Shown: positions 39,601-53,800 of the stretch, one piece after another
How positions within the stretch are numbered: the stretch's first letter is position 1
Layout of the letters: each line of letters starts with the position of its first letter
DNA from: Blasia pusilla
Taxonomy: Eukaryota
Length of the DNA stretch: 64,000 nucleotides
Assembly: GCA_050084515.1 (NCBI GenBank)
Contig: CM114271.1
Span: forward strand, 248,001 to 312,000
Direction of reading: 5' to 3'
The notes under the pieces: model-generated
Told to the model about the DNA's origin: nothing
The model's input: the letters and a program-made list of their open reading frames with translations, nothing else
The model's database searches: none
Translations under genes and position numbers: made by a program

Positions 39601-40649
39601 ACATTGCAAGTCCTTTATTACATCCGAGGGAAACTTTGAAATTTATATTTTATTAATGAAACCATAAACTCTAGCCTATGATTTCTTCAGCCTCGTCATC
39701 TTTAAATTTACTCATAACTTTCCTGGGTTCTTGTAAAAAAGGAATGTCTTGGGATACAAATGGCTCCGATTGTATATGGGGATTGAGAATGTAGGGGAAT
39801 TCGATAGCCTTGCCCATCCCATCCCCCCGCCCTACCTTAGGTACACCATATCAGTCCCATATATCATGATTTGAGTCCCAACGGCAATAAATCTTGTATG
39901 CCCTACAAGGTGACACCCATTCAGTATCAATATGTGCTCCGCTTGAAACCACTAAATCCCAACTCCAAAACGCTTCAATCAATTAAACCCGATAAATCCA
40001 TTGAACTCACTTGTCATCATCGGAGGACTCTTCCAAAATTACTGCCGACCTTGCCCTCCCGATTTTTGAAATTATAGGAAGTGTCAACGATGGTGTCACT
40101 ACCAATGGATCTGCAACTGGAGCACTTGGCTTTGGAGGGGAGTTGTAGACTCCCACCGGCCTCTTGTAATCCGCCTTTGCCTCCTTGCAAAGGTCAAAAA
40201 GTTCCTTCCTGCCCTCAAGGTAGAGGCCGGGTGCTCGAGGCCGGGTGACTTGGTCTTGGATTTGGTAGGCTTATTAGGGGCAAGTATCAGAGGCACCTGG
40301 TAGAGTGGCAGGAAGATTCTCTTCTTTTGGAGTTGGGATTTAGCAGTCATGTTGGCAAGTCACCCGGCCATGAGCATCTGCATCAAGGCACGTGACTTCT
40401 CCCTTCCTCCAAGAAAGGGGGTCCCTTCCAGCATGAAAATTCCCGGGGAGGGAATTGTAAAGGCTATTTAATGTGAACCCATCGGAGCATGAATCAACTG
40501 GATCACGGATCTGAAACACTTGAAAATTGTGTTCCGGTCTCACAAAGCACTAGAACAAGACAGGTGCAAAACATTGTCATCTTTAAAGTGGAACAAGCAT
40601 GCAATCTGTCCCAAACTGACGGGTTGCTCATGAGCCTACACGAGGATCT

Positions 40650-43600
40650 AAAGTATTGAAGATTTTTTCATGTCCCACCGCATCCAAGATATCCTTAGGA
40701 GTAGGCATGGCACCCCGATCGAAATTCGTGTGTCAATTGATAGGCCGGTAATTTCCATACATCCATCTATCCGTCCAATTGCCAAACATCTCCTTCTTTG
40801 CCAACATGACTGCGGTAGATGCATACTCCCATGAGATAACTTCACATGTCTTGCCTCCCACAAGTCTCAACTCCTATTCTAAATCAAGGCTCACTCTATG
40901 TTAGAATACTTATAGGATCGATGAAAGATTGGCATATCACTAGCCAAATTTATCCCGAGAATCTTTGAGCTACCCAAGTCTCTCATACATAAGGAAAAAA
41001 AACCCACATGCCATCTCACAAACCTATATATCCCCCATCTCTCTCCTCCTATCAACTCAAAAACTATCAGAGGCTTACAAGTCTACATCGTGACCTCACT
41101 TGAAGAAGACGCAACCTCCAACTTTCCTTGCTATCTAGCAACCCTAGCCACGTCCGCTACAACCACCCTAGTGTCATACGCCTACTCTCCTTGAACGTAA
41201 ATCTTAAGTGATTCGGAAGCGTGCGTTCAGTAAGGCACACTCTCAACGTTGATCTACATCAAAAAATAGCTCACGTTAATCGGGTCAGGGTCAATCACCG
41301 CTCTAACTCACCGAGTTCACGACTCGGCCTCTCATCAACCTCAACCTTCCTAGTTTCTCGCTTTACAACACATGCAAGTCTCTCAACACTTGGCACAAAC
41401 TTTATGGTCAATTTAGGAACATCAAAGGACGTTTGCACGACTCGCAGTCCCAACTCTCCAATGGACCTCCAATGAGTCCCTAACAGAGACTCACTCAAAT
41501 GAGTTGCAGGTTGGAATCCAAGTGTGTCTTTTGAAATCCACTCCCTTACATGAGGTTTGGGTTTCAAGTCCCAACGCCAAACTACCATTCCATCCCATGC
41601 CCTTGAGCTGCCCTTTGGTGCCCAAAGTGGGGTTTGGGTCCCAAGAATCCTTGAAGACACTCCCCCTTAATAGTACTTCTAAGGATCTCTTCCCTCACCC
41701 TAACTTAGGGGAAAAGACAGTCAAACCCCTCATTCTGGCCCTCAACCCAACTCATTGCATAGTCATTTTCGGCGAATATCTCAACCTTTGCTTCAACGTA
41801 TGCTGAGATGTTTGTGTTGTTATTGTCTTTGCATAAGATTTCCAACGACATCTCACTTGTCCCAAATGCATCTTGGGACTAAACTTTATGGTCAAAAACA
41901 CATTCAAAACCCCAAACGATAGTCGTTTTCCAAATTTGGTTCTCACCTCATTGGCAACCAACCTTACTAGACTCATCTCATCTCAAGTCTTGGCTCATGT
42001 TTAGTCCAGGTTTCCAGGTCGCAACCATAAATGCATGAAGAGCACAAACTCTATTTGCGCATTTCGTCTCTTAGACTTTTCCAAGAGACCTCTCCAAAGC
42101 GCAACCATCCCGGCTTGAGCCCGCTAAAAATCTAATGTTACGCTTGGCGTTTGTTTGGTTATGAGGGTTGCGACACCTAGTGTGACCTCCCACATTATTC
42201 TCCACACTTGTGTGCCACTTGGCCATTTTGGTACTCTCTACTCGAATAACGTCCCAAGAAGTCCATAGGTGCCTATCTCTACTCGCTCGCCCCTAGCCAA
42301 TGCCTCTACAGACCCTGTAAACAATGCCCTAACTTATGGATGTAACGGCATGGATGACATTCTCATCTTTCTCTACTCAACCATACCTAGATTGACTATC
42401 CATGTGAGACAGTAGAGATCCGTCACTTGCCCTCACACCTGTCGGTGTATTGCCTCAGTCACTTTTGGAAATATCATATGTAGTACCCGTCAGAAACCCC
42501 ATGGCGCGCTTGCCCTCATCAACAATAGGATCCTCTTACGTTCAGGTCTTCTCATCCCACATTATGCCAGGTCCTCCTTCACAAAAGGCATGGCATGCAA
42601 GGAAGCTCACCAATGTAGGTAAGGCCGCCATCAATTTCCCTACCCAATTAAATACCGGCCATGGTGATCTATCATCCCTTGTCACCACTTGATATTGATG
42701 CCCTAGACCCAATATTGCATCCACTGTCATCATATTGTCACGTGTTCCACCACCTTGTCCTACGAACTCCACGGGTAGCTGACTCATCTATCCATCGTCT
42801 AATCGCCACCCTGGTTGATAAGCAACAATCTCTTGCCAAAAATCAAGGATGAATCCTAAGGGATATAACCTAGTACGATTTAGCCGGTGTCGTAATCATA
42901 GGTGTATGCACCATAGCACCATTCGTCGCAAACTCTGGCTAGACTCTGACAACTCTCTCTTGCTAAGTCATACACTAGGTAGGTGATAAGCCTCTAATAG
43001 AGGTCTATATTTGAAAAGGACAAGGCTCAATGTTGCCTTTCTGTAAACCCAACGCCAATTATGCCCAACATTAGGGGTTGCGCTCCCGAATCGAGTAGGA
43101 CTTGTTGTGGGTGATACACCGCACCTGTCTAACTAATCAAGTAAAACACTTCAACTCAATTATCTAACAACACCACACATGGTGTCAACATGGCTCGCTC
43201 TATTTCTGGCCTAGTTGGCAAATCTACCAAATTTTTGGTCCCAATGTGCCATGTCTTGAGTGGAAGACATCCATAGCACCTACTTTTAGGGCAATTCTAC
43301 CACCTCCTCAAGCGCCTCTGAATTAAAGGCAATCGCTCCTTGCGCAAAAAAAGTGCCACCTCAAGTGCATGCGCTCCATCTACACTTGCAGTTGGTAGAC
43401 CTATACCACCGCAACCAAAAACTCCTTGACATCCCCAAAGACGACCGCCCTCATGCCCTCAACCTACCTCGAAAAATCTATGTCTAGTGACACCATAGCA
43501 ATGGCACTAGTCATATTGTAACTCTGGTCGGGCCATACAAGGTGGCTCCTAAGCAATGAAGGGCGCCCTTCGCTCTCTACCATGTAATGGGCAATCCCTT

Positions 43601-46479
43601 TGCCTATGGGATCCACCACACATCCAACAAGTCATCACTTGTCCCTCTTGGACAACCTATGTCGGTACATGCCATTGCTTCATCAGCTCATGATACCCGC
43701 CCTTCTCTCTTGGCACACTGGCCCACTCCCATAGTACTCATGCATGTTGGGGCACTTGTGGGGCTATTGCGACTCGCGGACATGTCAACTCTCAAGAAAA
43801 TTATGTGGTCACCACTTGCTACGTATTCATGTATGGCTCAATCTACTAAGACAACTCGAGGACCACCTTCAATGTGGGCTTCACCGTGTGAAGCAACATG
43901 TCATCTCGACCTCTTCTCTGTAGTTCCGAGTCCAGAACCCCGTACTAATACTGAACGGATTGTGTGTTAGTCACTCCATATACGGATCTACGCATGCGCG
44001 TGAACGCATCTCTTAAACTCTTACCCGATCTCCGCTCAAAATCTTGTAGGCTCTTTTGTTCTTCAGTTCGTACGCCCTAATAGCTCCTCCCGAACTGTCG
44101 GAAGAACTCCACCGTCGAATTGAAAGTGGGTGGTGCTCTAGCACTAGAGGTTTTTGACATCTCACTAGGTACCCTTACAACCATCCTCTCCATCTTGTCC
44201 CCAAGCTGATAGTGTAGGCCTCTCCGCCCTGACTATTCCATAATACGCCTCGCCGCCACTAGTGGAAACATACCTGGAGCCCTTTACATCCTCCAAGCAT
44301 CGATCTATACCAAGTACAAAGCTCAAAACTCCATGTAGTCATCCATCAGAGAACCCTCTAAATGTTGGAACAAGCCCTTCCACGCCATCAAGGGGTTGAA
44401 CTGCATAGGAGTCTATAGCTCTCGAAAGTTGCACCATGTGTCTAACTCTAAGTTGATGGTGCCTACCGCACCCGAGAAACAACACATGTCTTGATGGCCT
44501 ATATCATCTATCTCCCTCCACATGATATTTTCTTTGACTACAACCTCATCACCAAAGCCCTTGTCTAGTGATGACGATCCAACCATGGATGGTATTCCAG
44601 GTAGCTCCTCACTCAAAACCCCATACTATCTCACTCCACTTCATGTCACACCACTATAACTACTCAAAAAACCCCATTCTTGCCAACCCAGAAAGAACAT
44701 CGTGATGAAAACCCTGTCTCATCCACTCAGCCTCACCCAGAGTCTCCCACACTCCTCACTAGCGTACCTCCGCTAATACTATTCCCGTGATGTACCTAGC
44801 CTCATACACAACCTCAACATTTGAGCTCACCTAAGCCTCCCGAACTAGCTCACCTAAGCTACTAAAAATCTCTCTCGACTCATACAAGCCACCCTACTTT
44901 GCAACTACCGTATATCCATAAGCATGCTACACATGCAAGGCCTCTGAACTCGTCATTATCGTTACACCTTTCTAGCCTTAGTTGTTCCTCAAAACCCAAC
45001 ATCCTCAATGACACGAGAACTAAAAGGGACTCGAATGGGTAACCTCAACACGGCCGTCATCAATCTACTCCACGGTCAACACTGACTCCTCCATCTGGTG
45101 TGGCAACCTCCGCGGCACGAAAATTTTCTCGAGCAGCACGTCGACCCTCCCTTCAGTGGATGCGGACTACTCGTCGCCATCTACGTGTGTGTCTCTATCA
45201 CAAACTCTCAATGCCGATTACCCATCTTGCTCGTAGTCAGCAAAGAACAAACACTCTCAATGGACTATAAATATCATCGAAAAATCATGACCGGAAAATC
45301 CTAACTCTGAAAATATAGCATAGGCACGTTCAACCACATAGGAACTTGTCCCGAATAAGATGGAAACCCCTAACCACATAATCTCACCTAACTATGCAAT
45401 CTAGCTCAACCATGTCTGGCTCCCAATCTGGTCAACCAGGCACCACTATTATGAGTTATCTTTGCTCCCACTTGGTTACCACGTTGGCCTCTCGGCTGTT
45501 GGTCCCCACTCTGCCTGAGCTCCCACGACTACCCTTTCGTGGCTGCAAGGCACTCTATGCGCCACTCCCTACCTTCTTGGTTGTATGCTACCCTCGATAC
45601 ACATCCCCATTAGGCTCACGGATTAACCCTTGCATGAGCTTCACTTCCTACATGCATCCCTATGGGCGCTCCAACTCTTTACCTGCAAGACTTTAGACGT
45701 TGCCAAAATTGTACGCCCTCATCTTTAGAGCCCCTTTCAGAACAACTGCAAGATCTAAATGATCTTGTAATCTATTCTTTTCCTCGGAATTCTTGCTACT
45801 CTTGATGATACGCTTACCCATCATACTCCGCGCTACACTCTGTCATTGCCCCACGTTATCCCACACCAACAAAATTTGAGAAAAAAACAAACAGCGCTTT
45901 GGTGCACGACCTCTTGAATGGGGAAAAATCACTACACACATGCCAACCACCGTCTCCAAGGACTTCCCACTGGGGCAACTCGCTTGCCGACTTGCATATC
46001 AACTCGCTACCCTCGGACATCTTCCTCATGGAAAATCAGAGGAAAAACGGTTCACTTGGCCTAAAACTCCACTCTTGAATCTACATCGGCACCATCAAAC
46101 CACATCCACTGGCCGCAATGAAGGAATCCGAACACTAGCACCCTAGTTCCTACATACACAAGAAAAAGATGTGATATTAACGCCCAACATGGGAAAGATG
46201 GCTTGGGAAAGCCATCTTTCCCCTTGTTATAACCTTGGTTATAAGAGAGGGAGAGAGAATATCTTACCCTCTCTCATAACCAAAAATAGCCTCAAAACTG
46301 TAACCTACAAGCAGAGATTACCATATGATCGTGACTCGATCAACGAGTCACGAGACCAGAAATAGCGAAAAAGGGGAATCATCATAAAGGCTCGCAACAC
46401 AACGGACTATAGTCGTCCTTTGCGTTGCCCTCTATATCGTCGACTCAATAGAACTCTACCTATAAGCTAAGATTTGACA
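40650..46479 (-). mobile_element. E4: divergent, heavily decayed relative (gag-PR-DNMT-RT N-terminus), 3' truncated
   Basis: 42542-42787 (DAILGLGHQYQVVTRDDRSP...AALPTLVSF...GGPGIMWD) matches the E3 DNMT region, followed by DEGKRAMGFLTG (motif IX). Protease VLLDSGAQPLMLG at ~43070-43100, gag-like DNA at ~44000-44450 and RT-start homology at 40650-40870 (vs 24600-24750). Probable terminus TGACA at 46479. Confidence 0.75.
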
Positions 46480-47597
46480 AAGAAGAAATACAACTACAAT
46501 AATCAACCTTCTAGAAGCCTCTATGCTCTCAAAAATATATTATTGACCATGGGATACAAAACCACATTTAAATAAGATAAGATTGTCTATTGGCTCAGTA
46601 CTTTTGAATTCAAGAAACTTCAAAAAAGGGCATAATGGCTTCTGATAGAGGAAAAGCGTTTAATTAAATCAAAAAGTCAATGGCTACTCATAGGACATAA
46701 TGACTTATAATAACTTTGGTGGAATGGTTTCAAGAGAAGTTGGAGTGCTTTCCCTATTTCTTGTGCTCACACCACATCCAACAAAATAAATTGGAATGGA
46801 GAAAATTAAGGTACCCCAAAATGGGAATTGGATAAAAACCATGGATCCAATCACTTTGGATAGCAAGGGAAGAGTGGTATGGACCTGAAAGATTCCAACT
46901 TCCTTATTAGCTTCCATGGTCCATATTTCCCAACATCGAAACCCCATGCTTCATGACTTCTAATGTACATGTAAAAAAGTAGATATTTCAGACTTGCCAT
47001 ATGCAATGCAAAGAATTTGGAGTAAATGATCACTCCGAAAGCCCAATATGCACTGTAGGAACATGGTTACAAACGTAGGTTGGATAGTTTTAGGAAATGA
47101 GAATGGTTTCCAATATCTCATTGGGATGGTATTGTGTGAGAATGATTTCAGCCACAATCTAGAGTGGTATTTGGCTCAAGCTACTAGAGTACATTCAATA
47201 AAAAGATGAATTCCCTTGACACGCGATGGGAATGGTTTCAACATCAAGATACATCCCTAGCCCACAAACGTATAATGAAACCATGCAAAAGAGTAATTTC
47301 CAAGAAATCCAAAAACATTGCTTAAAAGTAATATGTGGGGGGGAGTGATGATCATATTTTTAGGGATGCTCACTTGTAAACTTCTTGGAGTTTGCAATGC
47401 TATCTTGAAGACAAAGAAACTCTAAACATATGCCATATGACCATCTATGGCAAGTGATGATCTCTAGTAATGATGAGAGAAAAATCAAGAAGGCAAGGTA
47501 GTAAGGGGAGCTTAAGATGAGAGTCCAAGGTAAAAGCAAGTGTGACAATTAAAATATAATATCCACTTGACTGTTAAAAAAGAAAACCTCAAAAAGA

Positions 47598-47768
47598 GGA
47601 ACAAAGAAAGGTAATAACTTCTCCAAAAAGGAGTCCAAATAATGCATAATGGAATGCAAAAAGAAAATGGAAACTACTCAACACAAATACCAATTCAACG
47701 AAACTACACGTTTCATAACTTGAAACAAATCTGACAAGAACACTAGTGGTTGGTCAGACATGAACGGA
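47598..47768 (-). repeat. Dispersed copy of 9945-10109 (probable 5'-truncated LINE tail)
   Basis: Shared colinear blocks aaagaaaggt, aatgcataatggaat, ctacacg, tgaaacaaat and ggttggtcagac. Confidence 0.75.
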
Positions 47769-50700
47769 TCAAAATTGACTAGCAAGAGTAAGGGAGGGAA
47801 AGATAAGAGAGAAAGGGGATAAAACAAAATTCCAATATCAAGATAAAACAAGTTTCTGCGACCTGCAAACGCTCATACAAGTGGAGACATATGACAAAAA
47901 TCTGCCTACCCACCCATCTAAATCTATGACTACACCACAACAATAGGAAGGAAGCAAGGTGCGAAAAGGGAGGAGAAAAAGGCATGTGTCTTTCTAACCT
48001 GGAAGCTTACATTTGGGTCCTAGAAAAAGCACCCCCTACTCCAAAAATCTTGCCACCTTTTCTCGATTTCATAAACCCAAAGAAATGAAAATTTGAAGGC
48101 TTTCACTTCAAACAATGAAAATTCAACAAGAATGCTTACTTAAATTCCAGAGGGTAGTGATAATAGATGGTGGAAAAATCCAAAAAAAACTCCTAACTCC
48201 AAAGACACATAGTGAGGACAGTGTAGGTCACACATCTTATGTACCACACTTGAATTAGCTCCTCACACTCCAATCTGGGCTTGCAATGCTCCTTTAAGTG
48301 GAAGATGGATTTTTAGTTGGATCCTGAAGACAGAATGAAGAGAAAAAGGATGTTTGCGCGCAATCTGTAGTGCAGATATGGGGAAATGCATGAAAGCATT
48401 CCATCTTACATAGACGCCAATTCGTATAGGGGAAGTCAAATCTTGAATATGATCTTCCACACATATCCGCCCCGCGCGACCGGATCCGAACTCTAGAGAA
48501 TCCGCACACAAGAAACTCGCGAGAATGGACGAGAATTGGGTACATCTCCCAACTTCGTATTATATGGGGTATATCTGGTTTGGGGGGGAAAGAAGTTGCG
48601 GTTAAGACTGGTTCCCAATTGTTGGGAATTCGTGGACCCAGAGTACTAAAAGCTCCTGTTTCTTAGAATATCGTCCTCCAAGTTTGCGTGGTAGCTAGGA
48701 GAAACGAATGTGGAGAACCACTCTGGAAGTCTGGAAGCTTCTATCGATCTAAGATGGTCGTTTTATGCACAGCAGAATGTCATAACAGAAGCCGTGAGGC
48801 TTCCACAGTGGTCCTCCAGATCCAGTCGTGGACACGGAGGCCACACCCAAGCGGGTTAAACAATACATAGCCCTCGTCTAGTTTCATTGAAGTGATTGGG
48901 CTTTGAACAAGGGCATATTTGTATAGTTTCAAACTGGACTCTGACTATTTTACAATTCAACAAACTATTTTACAACAAGCTGGTTTGCCTCAATGTCGCC
49001 GACAAAAACCCAGTAAGACAAGACATTACAGGCAACGCATGAAGTTATTAGTTGCAGAACCACTCTGGAAGCCTCACGGCTTCTGCTATGACATAGCACA
49101 AATATGATTCAGGGAAGACCCTCTCATGCGAACTGGACACATCTCCCATTTGGAAAACTGTTACTCTGCAACATTCCATTCACACACTAATATAAAGGCT
49201 CTTGGTACCAAACGAGAATGTTATAACTACTCAGACACGCATCAAATACTCGCTCATCATGATGGGTGTCTAAAATACGAGCTTGAGCCTATCTATGCTC
49301 TCCAGGTCTACCACATTCTTAAGGTGAATCAGATCAACAGAAATTCTTCGGGTGCAACTCTCCATCAGACCAACATTAAAATGCCCACATCCACAAACGA
49401 TCACTGATAAGACCCAAGAGGCATCTGATGCACATCACTTTGATCTCAAGAAATTGGGGAAGCACACAATTAGCTCAAGAAGCTCCCATAATCATTTCCT
49501 CAAAATAATACACAATACACATCCTTGAAGATGTGGGAGACGAGATTCAGAACCAGCCTTATAGGGAAATACCTGGCTACTGTGACAGACTCTGTCATAC
49601 CAGAGTAGCACTACTTTCCCACACGAGGAATACTGATTCATGGAAAGATCCCCTGTGACATCGCATCCTTCAAAAGACAGACCACTCACCCTTATAGAAG
49701 AACCGCTGCACTTGCCGGGGTCAGTTGAATCTTTGTAAGTCCAAAGCACAAGCTTCTAGTCTTTCAATAAGACACACATGGTCCAACAACCTTCTACAAT
49801 AGAATCACTGAAAACTGCTGTTGGACCACTGCAGGTTCGAGTAAGAGATACACTACACTACTACTAAACAGAAAAAGAATCCATGACGAGGACTAGCAAC
49901 TGCCATAGTTGTTGATCAAGAGAGAAGACAACCATCACATTGCAACCTATGCCAGAACCCTCAGCTTATGCTGCATAGGCCATGTGCTCCAAAAGTCTCT
50001 TTCAATCAAGAGAAATATGAGCATGCTGGAAAACCTTCTGCCTCCTGGCCCATCTGGTCATGATATGGTATTTTTGAGAGCTCCGGACTCTACCTCCTAC
50101 GAGTAGAGAATCAACGGCAGGAGTACCACCAACTCCCATTGTGTTAGAGATACACTTTTCGAGCAACTGTCCAGCAAGCTCAGCAGCAGACATGATCAGG
50201 GATCAATCCACAAGAGGCACCTTCTCGGACTGTCTAAGAACATAGCTCGCACAAGTATTACAGACCTTAGCAATACCTGGAATGTAATAAGCCCACCAGT
50301 GCATCTCCAATTTGACGGGAATGGCATGTAAATTCCAATGATATTGGAGACGGTTGTGAAGGAACAAAACCCTAACTCCACAGCAAAGATGTTGGCCAGA
50401 TTCTCTGAATGGAACAGTAGTTTGTGCTCTGTGAGATATGGCTTACAAAGGCTTCTTCAGCACTAACACATGACTGAAATAAACCTCCTGGTCGGACACT
50501 TGCAAATCGCCACCTTCACCAGCTCACCGTTCACCATATTTTGCTGAAGGACCAGGCGAAGCACATCCTTTGTACATAATAAGGTTCCTGCATAGGACAT
50601 AAATGATCTTGTAGGCACTCATGCAAGTGATTCCTTGGCCAGCCCTAGTCGCCCACAATCGTGGAATCAGCTGCCACACACTGCTCTTGCGGACGAATGC

Positions 50701-50893
50701 TTCAATTGCCCAAAACTTAGTAACTCCTTGCTAAACAGATTTCCATCCATTCTTGGCTAACACAACCCTCGCTTTGAGATTGTGTTGAGCCAGTACATAT
50801 GCAACTGTAGGATCCAAGACCAGAGATAGCAAAGCTTTAAAACTCTCCAGGATTCTTCACCAGAATCATGCAACCACCAGTGTACCAAACGAA

Positions 50894-53800
50894 TTAGCCA
50901 TTGTAATGGCGCCGCTGATGCTGTGTTGTCTGCTGCTGTTGCTGTTGCGGCTGCTGAGTCAATGGCTGAGTATACTGGGTAAAGGGCTGTGAGTACAGCG
51001 GTCCCATGATTCCCTGGACAAGTATTAACGAAAAAGTAAGCCTTTAATCAGATCCCAAAAACTCAGTGATCCCTTCATGGAATTCCTTTTGAACTACCAA
51101 TTGTGCAACAGCGACAGCACGGATAAGTCAGATCAAATATGTTGGATGGGAAGAATTCCTCCAAACATGATATCTACAAGGTGTACTTTTTTTAAACTGA
51201 TTCCTGCAACCAGAAACGGCTTTTGCATAAGCCTACAATGAGGGTTTGCTGATGTGCTCGACAGGACAAACCTGTGATTGAAGGGGACCACCTAATCCAT
51301 AGTGGCCCTGTGTGGAGGGACCATCCTGTGTGCGATCACTGAACCCAACTTGTGTGAAGAGTCCTTGCGAACCATGAGGAATGAAATCCTGCCATAACAC
51401 CACAACATGCATATTACAAACAGAACAAAATCTTAAAATATCACTGGGCAGAGGCCAATGTAATTGTAGATCTTGAAACATAGAAGTAGAATATTCATCT
51501 ATTGCAGTGAGAATGGCTGAACCTGAGAAATGAAGTCACCGCCCGCAGTACCGTGCTGATAACCACCCTGCGAATTTTGATTCATAAAATCCCCAGAATA
51601 TGTTCCTTGACTGCCCTGGGTAACATATTCAACTCCATAACCTCCTTGAGATGCCTGCAGAGAGAAATCGATTCACCGGAATAGTCATACTTCCAAAATT
51701 AGATCCCAAGCCGAGAATATAGTAACCACTCGTATTCAAAGATGCTCCTGACAGCCTTCCTGATCAGTTGAAGCATTGAACAGCATTCACTGCGAAGTAA
51801 GACATTCTTTGACTTGAGAATAAGATATAGGATCACCTGGGTAGAAAATTCAGGTCCAGTGTAAGCAACATGGGAACCCTGTGACTTAAAATCATCTCCC
51901 AGAAAGTCCTGAAGAGATTGGATAGAGACGCAAATTATTAGAGTAAAATTCTGAAGAATGGAAGTACATGCAAGGGAGGGGCAATCTACCAATTGACCAT
52001 CCCCTAAGCAATTCCAAATTAGCACACTTGCACGACACATTTGGAACCATTACAGAAAACTTGAATCCAGTTATCGCAATATATCATACCTGTGACATGC
52101 CAAGTGAGAAGCCATCCCGAAGGCTTTGACTGAGGCCTTGTGATTGAGTCTGCCATTCCCAGGTTAAGTAATACGTCACTTGCAAGACACAGGGACCAAA
52201 AACATACAGTTTTCTGGACAAACAAGAATGCTTGCACACAAATTCTATTCAACTAGCTCTGTTATGTCCTCAAACAATATACATAATCTACAAAGAAAAT
52301 ATGAGAGAAACTCAAAAGGCGTCGCCCACTCACTTGGGTCATTAGACCTTGCTGCAAAAGATTTCCACCTACAGATGGCTGCGTAGCCGGGTTTTCAATT
52401 CCAGCAAAAGAGAATCCTGCTCCAATGGTTCCATGAGATTGTGAAGACTGATGGTGGGATAAGTGTCCTCCGATGGGACCCCCAGCACTTCCACGACCAA
52501 CCCCAAACCCCCTACTGCCAGCCTGTGGACCCTGGGGTACACCACCAATTGGACCATGGACACCTCCACGAGATGGGATAGCATATGGTTGTGTATGAGG
52601 AGCTCCCGGAAAGCCTGGAAGTGGAATTCGTGAAGGATTCAAATTCCCATGATGCGGAAGGCCTGACTTGTGAATGCCATTGGACATCCCTCCAAAATTC
52701 ATGTAACTGTTACCTGGAAAACACCAGAAACGCACTTATCTTCATTGGTTTCAACTAGTCTACACAGGAAACTTGACCAGAAGAAATAAAAAATAAGAAT
52801 CAGAATATCTCTTGCTCTTGAAAACAACCTAGGAATTTTGGTACTTGCTCACAAACTCTGCAAGACACCTACCATTTCGTCCATCTGCAACCCGACCACG
52901 GCCAGTCCGCCGATCATGAAAACCCGTCCCAGAAGCTGCACTAGGCATCGCTACAGGGACAAACCCATCTCCAGGACCGTTTGCAGGGCCCCCACCCGGG
53001 TACACACGCCGGTCATTATAGATCTGATCAACCAAGCAGTAGCAGTACTAAGACTTCCAAGTGCCAAAAGAAGTAGGAACCATTAGGAGTGGACACAGAA
53101 TCAATGGTCTCATTGTGTGCAAAATCAAGGCCTCAAGTTAGAAATATGTTACTAACAACACCTACAAAGAAATCATCTCTTGAAACATATCTTACACTCC
53201 GAACCACACTTGTCATGCCTCTTCAGTTCTTAAACAACATACCTCGGAACAAGACTACAACCTCCAAAACTTAATAAACAATCAATTTGAGCACAAATAC
53301 CTTCTTGGGTTTCTGGAACTGCACCATACTCTGCTTGAGATTGTTCAGAGCACCTTCTACGAGGCACTCATGCTCCTACATTGAGTAAAAACCATGATTC
53401 TAAGAATCTGTTAGCAACCCTCATAAAAAAATCCAACAAGAATAACAGCAATCAAGAAAATGAACTTTAACTCATTATAACAACACCGATGATCTGCAAC
53501 CAATGACACATCCGACATAAGTAAAGACTGCCTACAGAAATATCAGCTCCCTGTCAACCAGAATGGCCCCTAACACCCTCACTAAGGAGCTCTAAATACA
53601 CATGTGATTGCAAAACCATCAGTATAAGGGTTTAGAAAAGACCTTGTAATGGGTTAAAAGGCTGTTCCATAAAGGTTGCTTGCTGAGCACTTTAGGATTC
53701 CCTAGAATAACTATACCATATCGAGCTCTTGTAAGAGCAACATTTAATCTCCGAGGGTCATTCAAGAATCCAATACCCTGTTAAAATGACAAGAGACCGA

